The position numbers and the translations under genes are program-made. The notes under the pieces are model-generated. The model was not told the DNA's origin. It saw only the letters and a list, made by a program, of their open reading frames with translations, and searched no databases. Below, piece after piece: positions 9,312 through 17,574 of a stretch of DNA of 64,000 bases. Every line of letters starts with the position of its first letter. Position 1 is the stretch's first letter. Source of the stretch: Candidatus Woesearchaeota archaeon (GTDB taxonomy: Archaea > Nanobdellota > Nanobdellia > Woesearchaeales > UBA9642); contig QZIT01000001.1 in the NCBI GenBank assembly GCA_003599145.1, positions 3,831 to 67,830 of the forward strand, written 5' to 3'.

Positions 9312-9980
9312 ATGTGGACTTTAAAGATAAAAGTAAGGGAAAAGTGGAATATTTATAATGAACGTACTGCAAAATTCCAGGTCAGGCTGTATTTTTATTC
9401 TCAAAATAACTATGAGGAAAAAGGAAAATTATATTTTGTAGCATCAGGAATGATTCAAGGAGAAGAAAAACAAAAAAAACAATTTTTTCTAGATTTAAAA
9501 AAAGATAAGAGAATCGTAAACGCAGAATTGCACAACGATTTTTTCATAACAGCGTATGCAGAATGTAAAACTAACGCACGATCTGAAGCAGCCAAAATCG
9601 CCTACAATCCCAGACTCATATTTATCAAGCCAGTCGTTATCGACGAAGACGGCTGGGAAGAATGGGAAATTGCATCAACAAAAAGAGAAGATTTAGAAGC
9701 ATTTATCGCATACGCAAAAAAACTAGAGAATATAGACAGTGAACTTTTTTATTTAAAAAACAAAAAAATAGGAAGTTTATTTATTCAATCCATGAGCCCT
9801 CAGCTCACAGAAAAACAGAAAAAAACGTTAGCTTTGGCTGTTGAAAACGGGTATTACGGCTATCCCCGAAAGATTAAACTCAAACAACTTGCAAAACAAA
9901 TGCGCGTTTCTGTATCAACCTATCAATTTCATTTAGCAAAAGCTGAAGCTAAACTCATACCCTTCTTCACTAAGAGATAA
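9312..9980 (+). CDS. Bacterio-opsin-activator-type (HTH_10) transcriptional regulator
   Basis: LTEKQKKTLALAVENGYYGYPRKIKLKQLAKQMRVSVSTYQFHLAKAEAKL. Confidence 0.88.
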   Translation: MWTLKIKVREKWNIYNERTAKFQVRLYFYSQNNYEEKGKLYFVASGMIQGEEKQKKQFFLDLKKDKRIVNAELHNDFFITAYAECKTNARSEAAKIAYNPRLIFIKPVVIDEDGWEEWEIASTKREDLEAFIAYAKKLENIDSELFYLKNKKIGSLFIQSMSPQLTEKQKKTLALAVENGYYGYPRKIKLKQLAKQMRVSVSTYQFHLAKAEAKLIPFFTKR

Positions 9981-9981
9981 C

Positions 9982-9999
9982 TATCGGAATAATCCGATA
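9982..9999. promoter_or_regulatory. Palindromic operator upstream of the polyprenyl synthase promoter
   Basis: TATCGGA-ATAA-TCCGATA, a perfect 7-bp inverted repeat 8 nt upstream of TTATAA (10008-10013). Confidence 0.65.
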
Positions 10000-10034
10000 A
10001 AAAATAGTTATAAGCAAAAGAGTATTCTGAACAT

Positions 10035-11054
10035 ATGGCTCAAATGTTACTAGAACAACCTATGAAAGAAGCAAGAAGTATAGGCCATCACATAGGTGCA
10101 TATTCTGATCTTGAAACAAAGTTGCATGAACTGAGAGAACAAATCGGAAGAGAAATGCATAAAATGGTAAAACAATATGAACCTGATGCGAAGTTACAAG
10201 AACTGATTCTCAACAGTATACCAGTAGAAGGTTCGTATCATAGGGGAGCTTTAATCAGTATCGTATCAGAATCGCGAGGGAATGAACGAAACATTTCTCT
10301 TTCTGCAACAGGAGAATTGTTCTATTGGGCAACGGCGTGGCTAGATGACATTTCAGATGGCAATACATTTCGACAAAACACAGATACGATGAGGAAAACT
10401 TCAAATGATACTGTTGCCATGTACCTATCTAACGCAGTATATGGTTTTGTTATGGAAGCAATTGTAGAGCAGCACGGCACAGAGCCAGCAAAGCTTTCCC
10501 GGATTTTCAAATACTTTGCGCATAATTTTCATGTTATTAATAGAGGTCAAGCAAAAGACATTCTTATGGCGCAGAGGACTTTAGAATCAGTAACAATTGA
10601 AGAATATGTTGCACTGATTGAAGAAACTACAGGCATAGATGTCGCTACTAATTTAGCGATAGGAGGCATTGCAGCAGGATTAGCTGATGAAACAATAGAT
10701 AAACTTTACCAATTTGGTTTAAGGCTTGGAACCTTAGCCCAAATCAGAGATGATGTTTTAGATTATTGTGACGTAAAAGATGACAAAGGAAAATATATTA
10801 TAGGAAAACTACCGTTCAGAGATTTAGAAACGAACAAGAAACGATTGCCAATACTTATAACAAAAGATCCTACGTTGAGAAAAATCCCGGATAGTGTTTA
10901 TGAAAAAATTGAATGTGAGTATATCCTGCCACGAAGACAAGAAGCAGAAAAGTATCTTTATGAAGCAACCATACACGAAGAATCTGAAGAGTTACTAATA
11001 AAAATACTTCAATATTGGAGCGATATAAGAATATTTCAAAAACTTCAAAGATAA
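10035..11054 (+). CDS. Trans-isoprenyl diphosphate synthase family protein (divergent)
   Basis: FARM LDDISD, GQAKDI, SARM QIRDDVLD. Confidence 0.82.
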   Translation: MAQMLLEQPMKEARSIGHHIGAYSDLETKLHELREQIGREMHKMVKQYEPDAKLQELILNSIPVEGSYHRGALISIVSESRGNERNISLSATGELFYWATAWLDDISDGNTFRQNTDTMRKTSNDTVAMYLSNAVYGFVMEAIVEQHGTEPAKLSRIFKYFAHNFHVINRGQAKDILMAQRTLESVTIEEYVALIEETTGIDVATNLAIGGIAAGLADETIDKLYQFGLRLGTLAQIRDDVLDYCDVKDDKGKYIIGKLPFRDLETNKKRLPILITKDPTLRKIPDSVYEKIECEYILPRRQEAEKYLYEATIHEESEELLIKILQYWSDIRIFQKLQR

Positions 11055-11082
11055 TTCTTCAAGTTGAACTATGTAAAAAAAA

Positions 11083-11297
11083 CGAGCCTGCGGGGATTTT
11101 CATGAGATTTGCTTTGGTAAGGGGACTAAAATGCGAAGCATTTTACGTCGCCTGCTTTTTACCAGATTTCCACAAAACCGAAGGTTTTGGGACACCAAAA
11201 ATCTCCGATTTTTGTGTGTTTAGCAAAAATCTGCGTTTGAACCCCGGACCTAGAGCTTAGGAGGCTCTCGCGCTGTTCCAGGCTGCGCTACAGGCTC
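11083..11297 (-). tRNA. tRNA-Arg(CCU) with 139-nt intron at position 59/60 (exons 11297-11236 and 11096-11083)
   Basis: The joined exons fold into a complete 76-nt cloverleaf: GAGCCTG/CAGGCTC acceptor stem, AGAGC-CTCCTAA-GCTCT anticodon arm, CGGGG-TTCAAAT-CCCCG T arm. Confidence 0.9.
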
Positions 11298-11350
11298 ATC
11301 ACTTGCAAAAACAAACAAATCTTTTTAAATGTTTAGATGGTTGCAGATAT

Positions 11351-12322
11351 ATGTACCTGCTCAAACAACAACCTGAAGATTTCATCGTAAAAGAAAAAAG
11401 CAACATTTTGCTTTCTACAACAGGTAAATATGCAATATACGCCCTTCAGAAGAAAAACTATACCACAGAAAAAGCAATTCACCTTCTTTGCAAATACAAC
11501 CATCTGCAGAGAAAACAAATAGGCTACGCAGGCAACAAAGACAAGCAAGCGGTAACAACGCAGCACATTTCTGTTTTTCAGGGAAAAAAAGAGTACACCT
11601 TGCCAAAAGATATCACGCTTACCTTTCTCGGCTACGCTCAACAGCCTATTTCTCTGGGAGATTTAGAAGGCAATGAGTTCACACTCATCATCAGAAATGC
11701 TGATAAAAAAAGCATTGCTAAACTTCAAGCACGTATGAAAAACATAACAAATATTCCTAATTATTTTGACGAACAGCGCTTTGCAAAAAATAATGTAGCC
11801 ATAGGAACGTGCATCATCAAAGGAGACATGAAAGATGCAGTCAATCTCATTCTACAGCAAAAGGGAGACTATGAAACTCTTATGAAACAGTATTTGGAAA
11901 AATATCCCCATAATTATGTGCAGGCATTGCGCAAAATACCTTTAAAGATTCTTACCATGTATATTCATGCAGTGCAATCAGCAATCTTCAACAGCACACT
12001 AAGGGAGTACATAAAAAAAAACAACAAAAACATAAAAATTCCATTAACTGGCTTTGGAACTGATTTGGATAAAGGAAAGATTTCCACATTCATAAAAAAA
12101 GAGCTAAAAAAGATGAAGATAACACAGAACGATTTCATTATCAGGACCATCCCCGAACTCTCTTCAGAAGGCTCTTTCAGAGATGCCTTCATGGATGCCA
12201 AGCAGTTCAGATACAGCATTGAAAATGACGAGCTTCACAATGGAAAAGAGAAAATCAAGTTGAGCTTTTTTCTGCAGAAAGGAAGTTACGCAACCATTGT
12301 TGCTAAATTTTTGCTTTCTTGA
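11351..12322 (+). CDS. truD: tRNA pseudouridine(13) synthase TruD
   Basis: KQQPEDFIV, GYAGNKDK.AVT.Q, NYFDEQRF, LQKGSYAT. Confidence 0.93.
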   Translation: MYLLKQQPEDFIVKEKSNILLSTTGKYAIYALQKKNYTTEKAIHLLCKYNHLQRKQIGYAGNKDKQAVTTQHISVFQGKKEYTLPKDITLTFLGYAQQPISLGDLEGNEFTLIIRNADKKSIAKLQARMKNITNIPNYFDEQRFAKNNVAIGTCIIKGDMKDAVNLILQQKGDYETLMKQYLEKYPHNYVQALRKIPLKILTMYIHAVQSAIFNSTLREYIKKNNKNIKIPLTGFGTDLDKGKISTFIKKELKKMKITQNDFIIRTIPELSSEGSFRDAFMDAKQFRYSIENDELHNGKEKIKLSFFLQKGSYATIVAKFLLS

Positions 12323-12947
12323 GTTTTGCCTGTATCTCTCGAAAAACTTTTTCAATAGGCTGTTCACCGTTAATTTTCAAAAGGACGCCTTTTTTTCTGT
12401 AAAAATCCTTCAAAGGCTCTGTTGCCGTATGATAAATCTGCAGGCGTTTCGCAACAGCAGCTGGCTTGTCATCATCTCGCACTATCAAACTGCCTTTGCA
12501 CTGATCGCAAATGCCTGCTTTTTTTGGTTTAATGGAAATAGTATTATATCCTGCACCGCATTTACTGCAGACTCTTCGCGAGGAAATTCTTTTCATGGCT
12601 TCTTTGTCAGAAATATGAATTTCGAGAACCAAATCAATTGTTGCTATGGTATCGAGAAAAATCGCCTGTTCTTCTGTTCTGGGAAAGCCATCTAAAATAA
12701 AATTTTGAAAATTTATTTTTTTCAATGCCTGCTGGATAGCTGCAAAATTAATGTCTTTAGGAACTAAAATTCCTTTATCGAGATACGGCTTAAGCTTTTT
12801 TCCAAGCGCAGTGCCTTTTTTAATTTCTTCCCTGAAAAGCTCTCCTGGAGAAATATGGGTAAGATGATATTCCTGAACAAGCTTTTCAGCCTGCGTTCCT
12901 TTTCCAGAACCCTGCACTCCAAAAATAATAACATTCATAGCCATCAT
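12303..12947 (-). CDS. adk: Adenylate kinase (bacterial-type, zinc lid)
   Basis: GVQGSGKGTQA, ILDGFPRT, CSKC...CDQC lid, RDDD. Confidence 0.93.
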   Translation of the reverse strand: MMAMNVIIFGVQGSGKGTQAEKLVQEYHLTHISPGELFREEIKKGTALGKKLKPYLDKGILVPKDINFAAIQQALKKINFQNFILDGFPRTEEQAIFLDTIATIDLVLEIHISDKEAMKRISSRRVCSKCGAGYNTISIKPKKAGICDQCKGSLIVRDDDKPAAVAKRLQIYHTATEPLKDFYRKKGVLLKINGEQPIEKVFREIQAKLKKAKI

Positions 12948-13396
12948 CCAAAGTACTGCACGTCGTCTTTTTTTCTTGTATTATTGGTGTGCCATGCGTT
13001 GCTCATAGCATCGAGCATACTCTTAAGCTCCTGTTTGAGCGATTGCCATTCCCTATAAAAAAGAACCAAATACTCCCATTGTTCATCCTCAGACATCTCT
13101 AGAGACACTGCCATGGCCCTTCGTTTCAAAAACATGAGTTTCTTATAAACAGTAAAAATAGCATCTTTTTCTTCCTGAGTGAAGCATTCTGTTTCCTGAA
13201 GCGTTGCAAGATTAGTGTCTGGATGGAGAATGCCATCGATAAGCTTGCAAAAGATGTCGATACGCTCTATGCTCTTTTTTATCAATGCACTCGATGGATG
13301 CGCATCATCCTCGTATTTGCCATCAATCGCTTTTTCCAGTTCTTCCAAAGGAGGCAACGCATGCTTCTTTTGGGCTGTCTGATAGTTCATCATCAA
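12944..13396 (-). CDS. Hypothetical helical protein
   Basis: 150-aa ORF whose stop overlaps the adk start. Confidence 0.65.
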   Translation of the reverse strand: MMMNYQTAQKKHALPPLEELEKAIDGKYEDDAHPSSALIKKSIERIDIFCKLIDGILHPDTNLATLQETECFTQEEKDAIFTVYKKLMFLKRRAMAVSLEMSEDEQWEYLVLFYREWQSLKQELKSMLDAMSNAWHTNNTRKKDDVQYFG

Positions 13397-13508
13397 GCTA
13401 AAACAGCAAGTCTTTTTAAAGTTTGCTTTTCCTGCAACGCTCAGGTATACATCTATAGAAGTATAAAAACGTACAAAGATTTAAATATAAGTATTGCTTG
13501 AAATCATC

Positions 13509-13649
13509 GTGAACAAAAAAGTAACGCTCAGCATTGATGAAAAAACCTATGAGGAGTTTCAGAAATACTGCGAAAGAAACGCCATTCTGCTGTCAAAAAA
13601 AATAGAGCTGTACATGAAAGAGCTGTTGAAGCATGAACGAAGAAAATAA
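13509..13649 (+). CDS. Ribbon-helix-helix DNA-binding protein (46 aa, below the ORF-track cutoff)
   Basis: GTG start after a TATA box. MNKKVTLSIDEKTYEEFQKYCERNAILLSKKIELYMKELL has an alternating beta strand followed by two helices. Confidence 0.75.
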   Translation: MNKKVTLSIDEKTYEEFQKYCERNAILLSKKIELYMKELLKHERRK

Positions 13650-13944
13650 CGAAAAAATATCATTGGAAGCATCAGTAGAAGAAGAGCACAGGCATTACAA
13701 GAAAAAGCCAGAGAATTTCAAGGAAATAGCGCTTTCCTACTCGTTTCTTTTAATAGTGATAGCGTTTTTAGTTTTCAGTGTTCGCCTGAAAGAGCTAGGA
13801 TCATCGCTCTTGGCAAGAACAAACATTGTCGGTCATGCAGCATCTGGGAATGTGCTTCAAAACAGCTTTCCGCTAGCACTACTTGTAGTTCTTGGTTTGC
13901 TGATTATAGGCATACTGTATCTGCGCAGACAATTCAGAAAGTAG
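13633..13944 (+). CDS. Small two-TM membrane protein
   Basis: Two hydrophobic segments. Overlaps the end of the RHH gene. Confidence 0.65.
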   Translation: MNEENNEKISLEASVEEEHRHYKKKPENFKEIALSYSFLLIVIAFLVFSVRLKELGSSLLARTNIVGHAASGNVLQNSFPLALLVVLGLLIIGILYLRRQFRK

Positions 13945-13953
13945 CACCTAAAA

Positions 13954-14121
13954 ATACAAATGTCATACAAATCATGTCATTTTCTTAACAAAACGATATA
14001 TTTATAAAGCGCTGTTTTCATTGATAAAAGAAGAGATGCTGGTAACTCCCGTATAAAAGGGCTAAAAACAAGCAAAAAAAGAAAATACAACATACAAATA
14101 ACTTACTTAACGCATACAAAT
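13954..14121 (+). repeat. Direct repeats ATACAAAT (four copies plus ATACAAC)
   Basis: Copies at 13954, 13965, 14092 and 14114, partial copy at 14085, around the promoter of the RHH pair. Confidence 0.5.
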
Positions 14122-14122
14122 A

Positions 14123-14290
14123 ATGAACAAAAAAAACATACGTAAAAATACCGTAGCCGTAGCAGTCGTCAATGTGCGAATGCCCTACGGCGTTGTTCGC
14201 ATTCTTGACAAGCTCGTAGAACAGGGAATCTATAAATCTCGAAGCGAAGCCGTCAGGGAATTTGCAAGGCAATATGTCAACGAACAGTAG
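14123..14290 (+). CDS. Ribbon-helix-helix (CopG/ParD-like) protein (55 aa, below the ORF-track cutoff)
   Basis: VVNVRMPYGVVRILDKLVEQGIYKSRSEAVREFARQYV is a classic RHH pattern. Confidence 0.82.
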   Translation: MNKKNIRKNTVAVAVVNVRMPYGVVRILDKLVEQGIYKSRSEAVREFARQYVNEQ

Positions 14291-14558
14291 AAAGGAAGTC
14301 ATGGTAAGCATCAGAATGCCCTCTTCGCTAGTTGCACAGCTCAAAGAGCTTGCAGTAAAGAAGCATTTTCTTGACATGGGAGAGCAATTGCGATCGCTCG
14401 TAAGAGAAAAATGCATGCAGCATCTCGACCCCTATTCTGGGGAAATGAAGAAATTCAGAGAAGAACTCAAACAGGAATTACTGCATAAAACGTCTGAAAA
14501 AAATGTTCTCATAAAAGACTTGAAAAGAATTGTGGAGGAGCTCAGCAATGAAAAATAA
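14274..14558 (+). CDS. Ribbon-helix-helix protein with C-terminal coiled coil
   Basis: MVSIRMPSSLVAQLKELAVKKHFLDMGEQLRSLVRE. Alternative start at 14301. Confidence 0.75.
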   Translation: MSTNSRKEVMVSIRMPSSLVAQLKELAVKKHFLDMGEQLRSLVREKCMQHLDPYSGEMKKFREELKQELLHKTSEKNVLIKDLKRIVEELSNEK

Positions 14559-17547
14559 ATGGCTACTGCTAGTGTTGATGATCATTTCTATGAGTGCACC
14601 TGTTCACGCGCTAACACTGATATCTCCAGACGACAATTTCATAACAGGAAATGCTTCACTACAGCTTACGTTTCAACATCAATTCAACAGCACAAACTTT
14701 TCCTGCGACGTATTGATAGACAATCAATCTCAAGGAATGCCCTATAACCTCAGCGAGCAAATTTTTGCATTTGACACTGTTTTCACAGAAGGATTGCACA
14801 CGTGGAGCATTGCTTGCATTAACGATAATATAACCATAGAGAGTGAAACAAGAAGCATAACGCTCGATACCTCTTCCCCTAACATCAGCATCCTTTCTCC
14901 GCTAGCAACAACGTATGGCACAAACAACATCACCTTTCACCTCAACGTTACCGATGTATTTCCCGCAGTTGACTGCCAGATGCATCTCGCATCTTCATCG
15001 TATAACACTGATGAAAATATGCAATTACAAACCAACACGCTCTATAGCAGCACCAAAACACTGCCCAATGGCCAGTATGCCCTTACCTTGCTCTGCACAG
15101 ACCAGCTAGGAAACAGCAATCAACAAGGCGTTAATTTTACGGTGAACAAAATAGAGCCGCTTTTTGATGTTGTGTTTGAAAAAAACGTGTATACTATGGG
15201 AGAAGCCATTGCCTTTGACATACGTGCAAACAATGGAAGCAATGTATTCTTAACCATTACTGCACCAAATGGAAACAGCTATGTTTGGAACTACAACGGG
15301 CAAAATTATCCAAAACATGAAGTTTTGCCCTATAGCAAGCGCTACGGCTCATACAATGTTATCGGAAACATGCAATATCTTAATTATTCTTTATCAGTAA
15401 ACAAAAACATCAACGTGCAAAGCAACATGGATGTGGAGATTAAGGGAAAAACAACCATCAACCTTTCAGAAAAGTTAACGCTGGAGGGCATTCCTTCAGG
15501 AGGTTTTGGAACGCTCAATCTTTCCTGGAAGTTAAGCAATGGTTCAACGGTGAAGAGCCACATCTTGGAAAGAACCTATGCAACATCAGGAAAATACACA
15601 GAAACATTTATCGTTGTTGACCAGGAAGGCAATGAACTCAAGAAGGATGTTGAAGTAAGTGTCAAACAAGCCTATAGACTCTATGTCTATGTTATTGATG
15701 GAAGTTCAAAGCTTCCCATCAAAGACGCCTTGTTGGAAATTGATGACGATGAATATTTAACAAACAGCGACGGCCTCGTTTCGCTAGATTTGCTTGAAGA
15801 TTCCTACGATATGACCATAAGCAAAGAAGACTACAAACCATACAGCGATTCATTTTCATTTCATGAAAACAGAACCTTGAATATTTCGCTCAACCTTGTT
15901 GATAAAACACCTCCCTCGATAACGTTAATGACCACTCCTGATGAGATACTTACAGAACCAAAAGCACTTACTTTTTCGGCAAATGACGTTGGATTGATGC
16001 AGTGCTCGCTTTACTTGAAACGACCAGAAGAGAGCTGGTCTGTATTGACGCAGACTTTACCAAACATTCAAGCCAATAAAGTCTACCAATTCAATGTTGA
16101 GAACATTACCGCAGGAAGCTACCAATGGAAAGTAGAATGCAAAGACAGCAACAACAATGGAGCGTTCAGCGAAGAACGCTCATTTTCAGTCAACAGTGAA
16201 GAGCTACTGAACACCATTCAAGAAAATGAAGACGCCATAGCTGGATTTACTGCAGCGCTTGAAACATTCAACACCCTCGATAAAGATGAACGCGAAGCAT
16301 TTGAAACCCTAAACATAAAAGAGCACATTGAAGAAACGCAAAAGCAAATGGAGCGCATAAAGAGAGACATGAATAATCTTATCTTCAGAAACGACCTTAC
16401 CAATGAGGAAAAGGAGCAGGAAAGGAAGATACTTCTTGAAAAAATGCAGGAAATCCAGCAAAATACACCTATAAGCATAACCGTAAAGGACAGCAAAACA
16501 TTTGTCAAATACCCCACTGTTGAAGAAGTTGAACGACTGCTTTTGGCTGTTTTAGGAAATGACGCCAATAAAAAGCTGCTCAAGAAAAATCAAGCATTGC
16601 AACAAAGCCTTTCCACAGCAACAAAGGCAAAAATTGTAGAAATTAGCTACCCTTCAAAAACAGAAACAGTAACGCTCATAGAGAAGCAAATCGCTTTAGA
16701 AAGCACAGAGTCAGGATTCTTAGCAGAGTATATTCCGCTAGCCATTGCCCAAGCAAAGGAGATAACCATACTTAATGAAGATTATCAAATTTTAGGAGAC
16801 TCTCTAATTAGATTCAGCACAGGCAACGTTATAGCATACACTATTCCAAAAGCAATCAACCTCGAGCTCGCGCAGGAAACTACAACTATTTTTGTTACCA
16901 AAGAGCAAACAGGCTCTACTCCAACAGGGTTTTCCATTAAAACAGTTTCCAACTCTCCCTATAGTTTAGGCATTCTTATTGCGATAGGCGTTCTCTTAGG
17001 AGGCTTTGTTGCAGTAAAAAGACTGAAAAGAAAGGATGAACAGCCTTTGTCAAAAAAGCCAGGTGTGCAAGAAGCTGAACAATCACAGAATACCACCCAA
17101 CAAGGCACTGTGCAATCATTATGGACAACCGTGAGCAAGGTATTGCCTCAGAAAACAGAAAACCCTCAATTTTTGCAATTGATTACTCTTATGTACCAAC
17201 ACATAGGCACAGGGGACTACCAGCAGGCGCTTTCATTGTATCAGTTAATGAAAACAGAATATGCCAAGCTTCCGCATAAGCAACAGCACAAGCATTACGG
17301 AGAACTGGTACATATTTGCACCTCTATCGATGTTCTCTATGCCAGAAAACTTGCAGATGATGTTACGGTACATCTTGCAAATTTCAAGCGAAAAGAAGCG
17401 CTAGAATCCTTCAACGTCTTTGCAGGAATTTTTCAAAGGCTGTCTGAAACAGGAAAGAATGAGCTCTATGAGAAATATGCGTATCTTTCATCGCAAATTG
17501 AAACCATCAGAACATCCATCATGATGGAATTGCAGTCAAAAGCATAA
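14548..17547 (+). CDS. Large membrane-anchored surface protein (Ig-like/PKD/PEGA-like domains, coiled coil, TM, cytoplasmic helical domain)
   Basis: Signal peptide MKNKWLLLVLMII, repeated W.(I/V).C.D Ig-type motifs, many NxS/T sequons, TM LGILIAIGVLLGGFVAV followed by a basic stretch. Confidence 0.8.
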   Translation: MKNKWLLLVLMIISMSAPVHALTLISPDDNFITGNASLQLTFQHQFNSTNFSCDVLIDNQSQGMPYNLSEQIFAFDTVFTEGLHTWSIACINDNITIESETRSITLDTSSPNISILSPLATTYGTNNITFHLNVTDVFPAVDCQMHLASSSYNTDENMQLQTNTLYSSTKTLPNGQYALTLLCTDQLGNSNQQGVNFTVNKIEPLFDVVFEKNVYTMGEAIAFDIRANNGSNVFLTITAPNGNSYVWNYNGQNYPKHEVLPYSKRYGSYNVIGNMQYLNYSLSVNKNINVQSNMDVEIKGKTTINLSEKLTLEGIPSGGFGTLNLSWKLSNGSTVKSHILERTYATSGKYTETFIVVDQEGNELKKDVEVSVKQAYRLYVYVIDGSSKLPIKDALLEIDDDEYLTNSDGLVSLDLLEDSYDMTISKEDYKPYSDSFSFHENRTLNISLNLVDKTPPSITLMTTPDEILTEPKALTFSANDVGLMQCSLYLKRPEESWSVLTQTLPNIQANKVYQFNVENITAGSYQWKVECKDSNNNGAFSEERSFSVNSEELLNTIQENEDAIAGFTAALETFNTLDKDEREAFETLNIKEHIEETQKQMERIKRDMNNLIFRNDLTNEEKEQERKILLEKMQEIQQNTPISITVKDSKTFVKYPTVEEVERLLLAVLGNDANKKLLKKNQALQQSLSTATKAKIVEISYPSKTETVTLIEKQIALESTESGFLAEYIPLAIAQAKEITILNEDYQILGDSLIRFSTGNVIAYTIPKAINLELAQETTTIFVTKEQTGSTPTGFSIKTVSNSPYSLGILIAIGVLLGGFVAVKRLKRKDEQPLSKKPGVQEAEQSQNTTQQGTVQSLWTTVSKVLPQKTENPQFLQLITLMYQHIGTGDYQQALSLYQLMKTEYAKLPHKQQHKHYGELVHICTSIDVLYARKLADDVTVHLANFKRKEALESFNVFAGIFQRLSETGKNELYEKYAYLSSQIETIRTSIMMELQSKA

Positions 17548-17574
17548 ATCAAACGAGTGAACAGATTATAAACT

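Noticed and set aside
9270-11096. Integrated element with att sites at the tRNA-Arg 3' end
   Set aside because: No duplicate of the tRNA 3' end and no integrase were seen. The separated 3' piece is an exon, not an att copy.
11097-11235. tRNA intron as a C/D-box guide RNA, group I intron or CRISPR-like array
   Set aside because: No RUGAUGA/CUGA boxes are visible, it is too short and lacks a group I core, and the hairpins are not identical repeats with spacers.
11015-11260. 81-aa + strand ORF over the tRNA region
   Set aside because: It lies antisense to the tRNA-Arg exons and intron, and the cloverleaf plus splice motif explain the sequence better.
13509-14558. RHH genes as type II antitoxins
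   Set aside because: No PIN, RelE or MazF-like toxin ORF is adjacent. The downstream genes are surface proteins.
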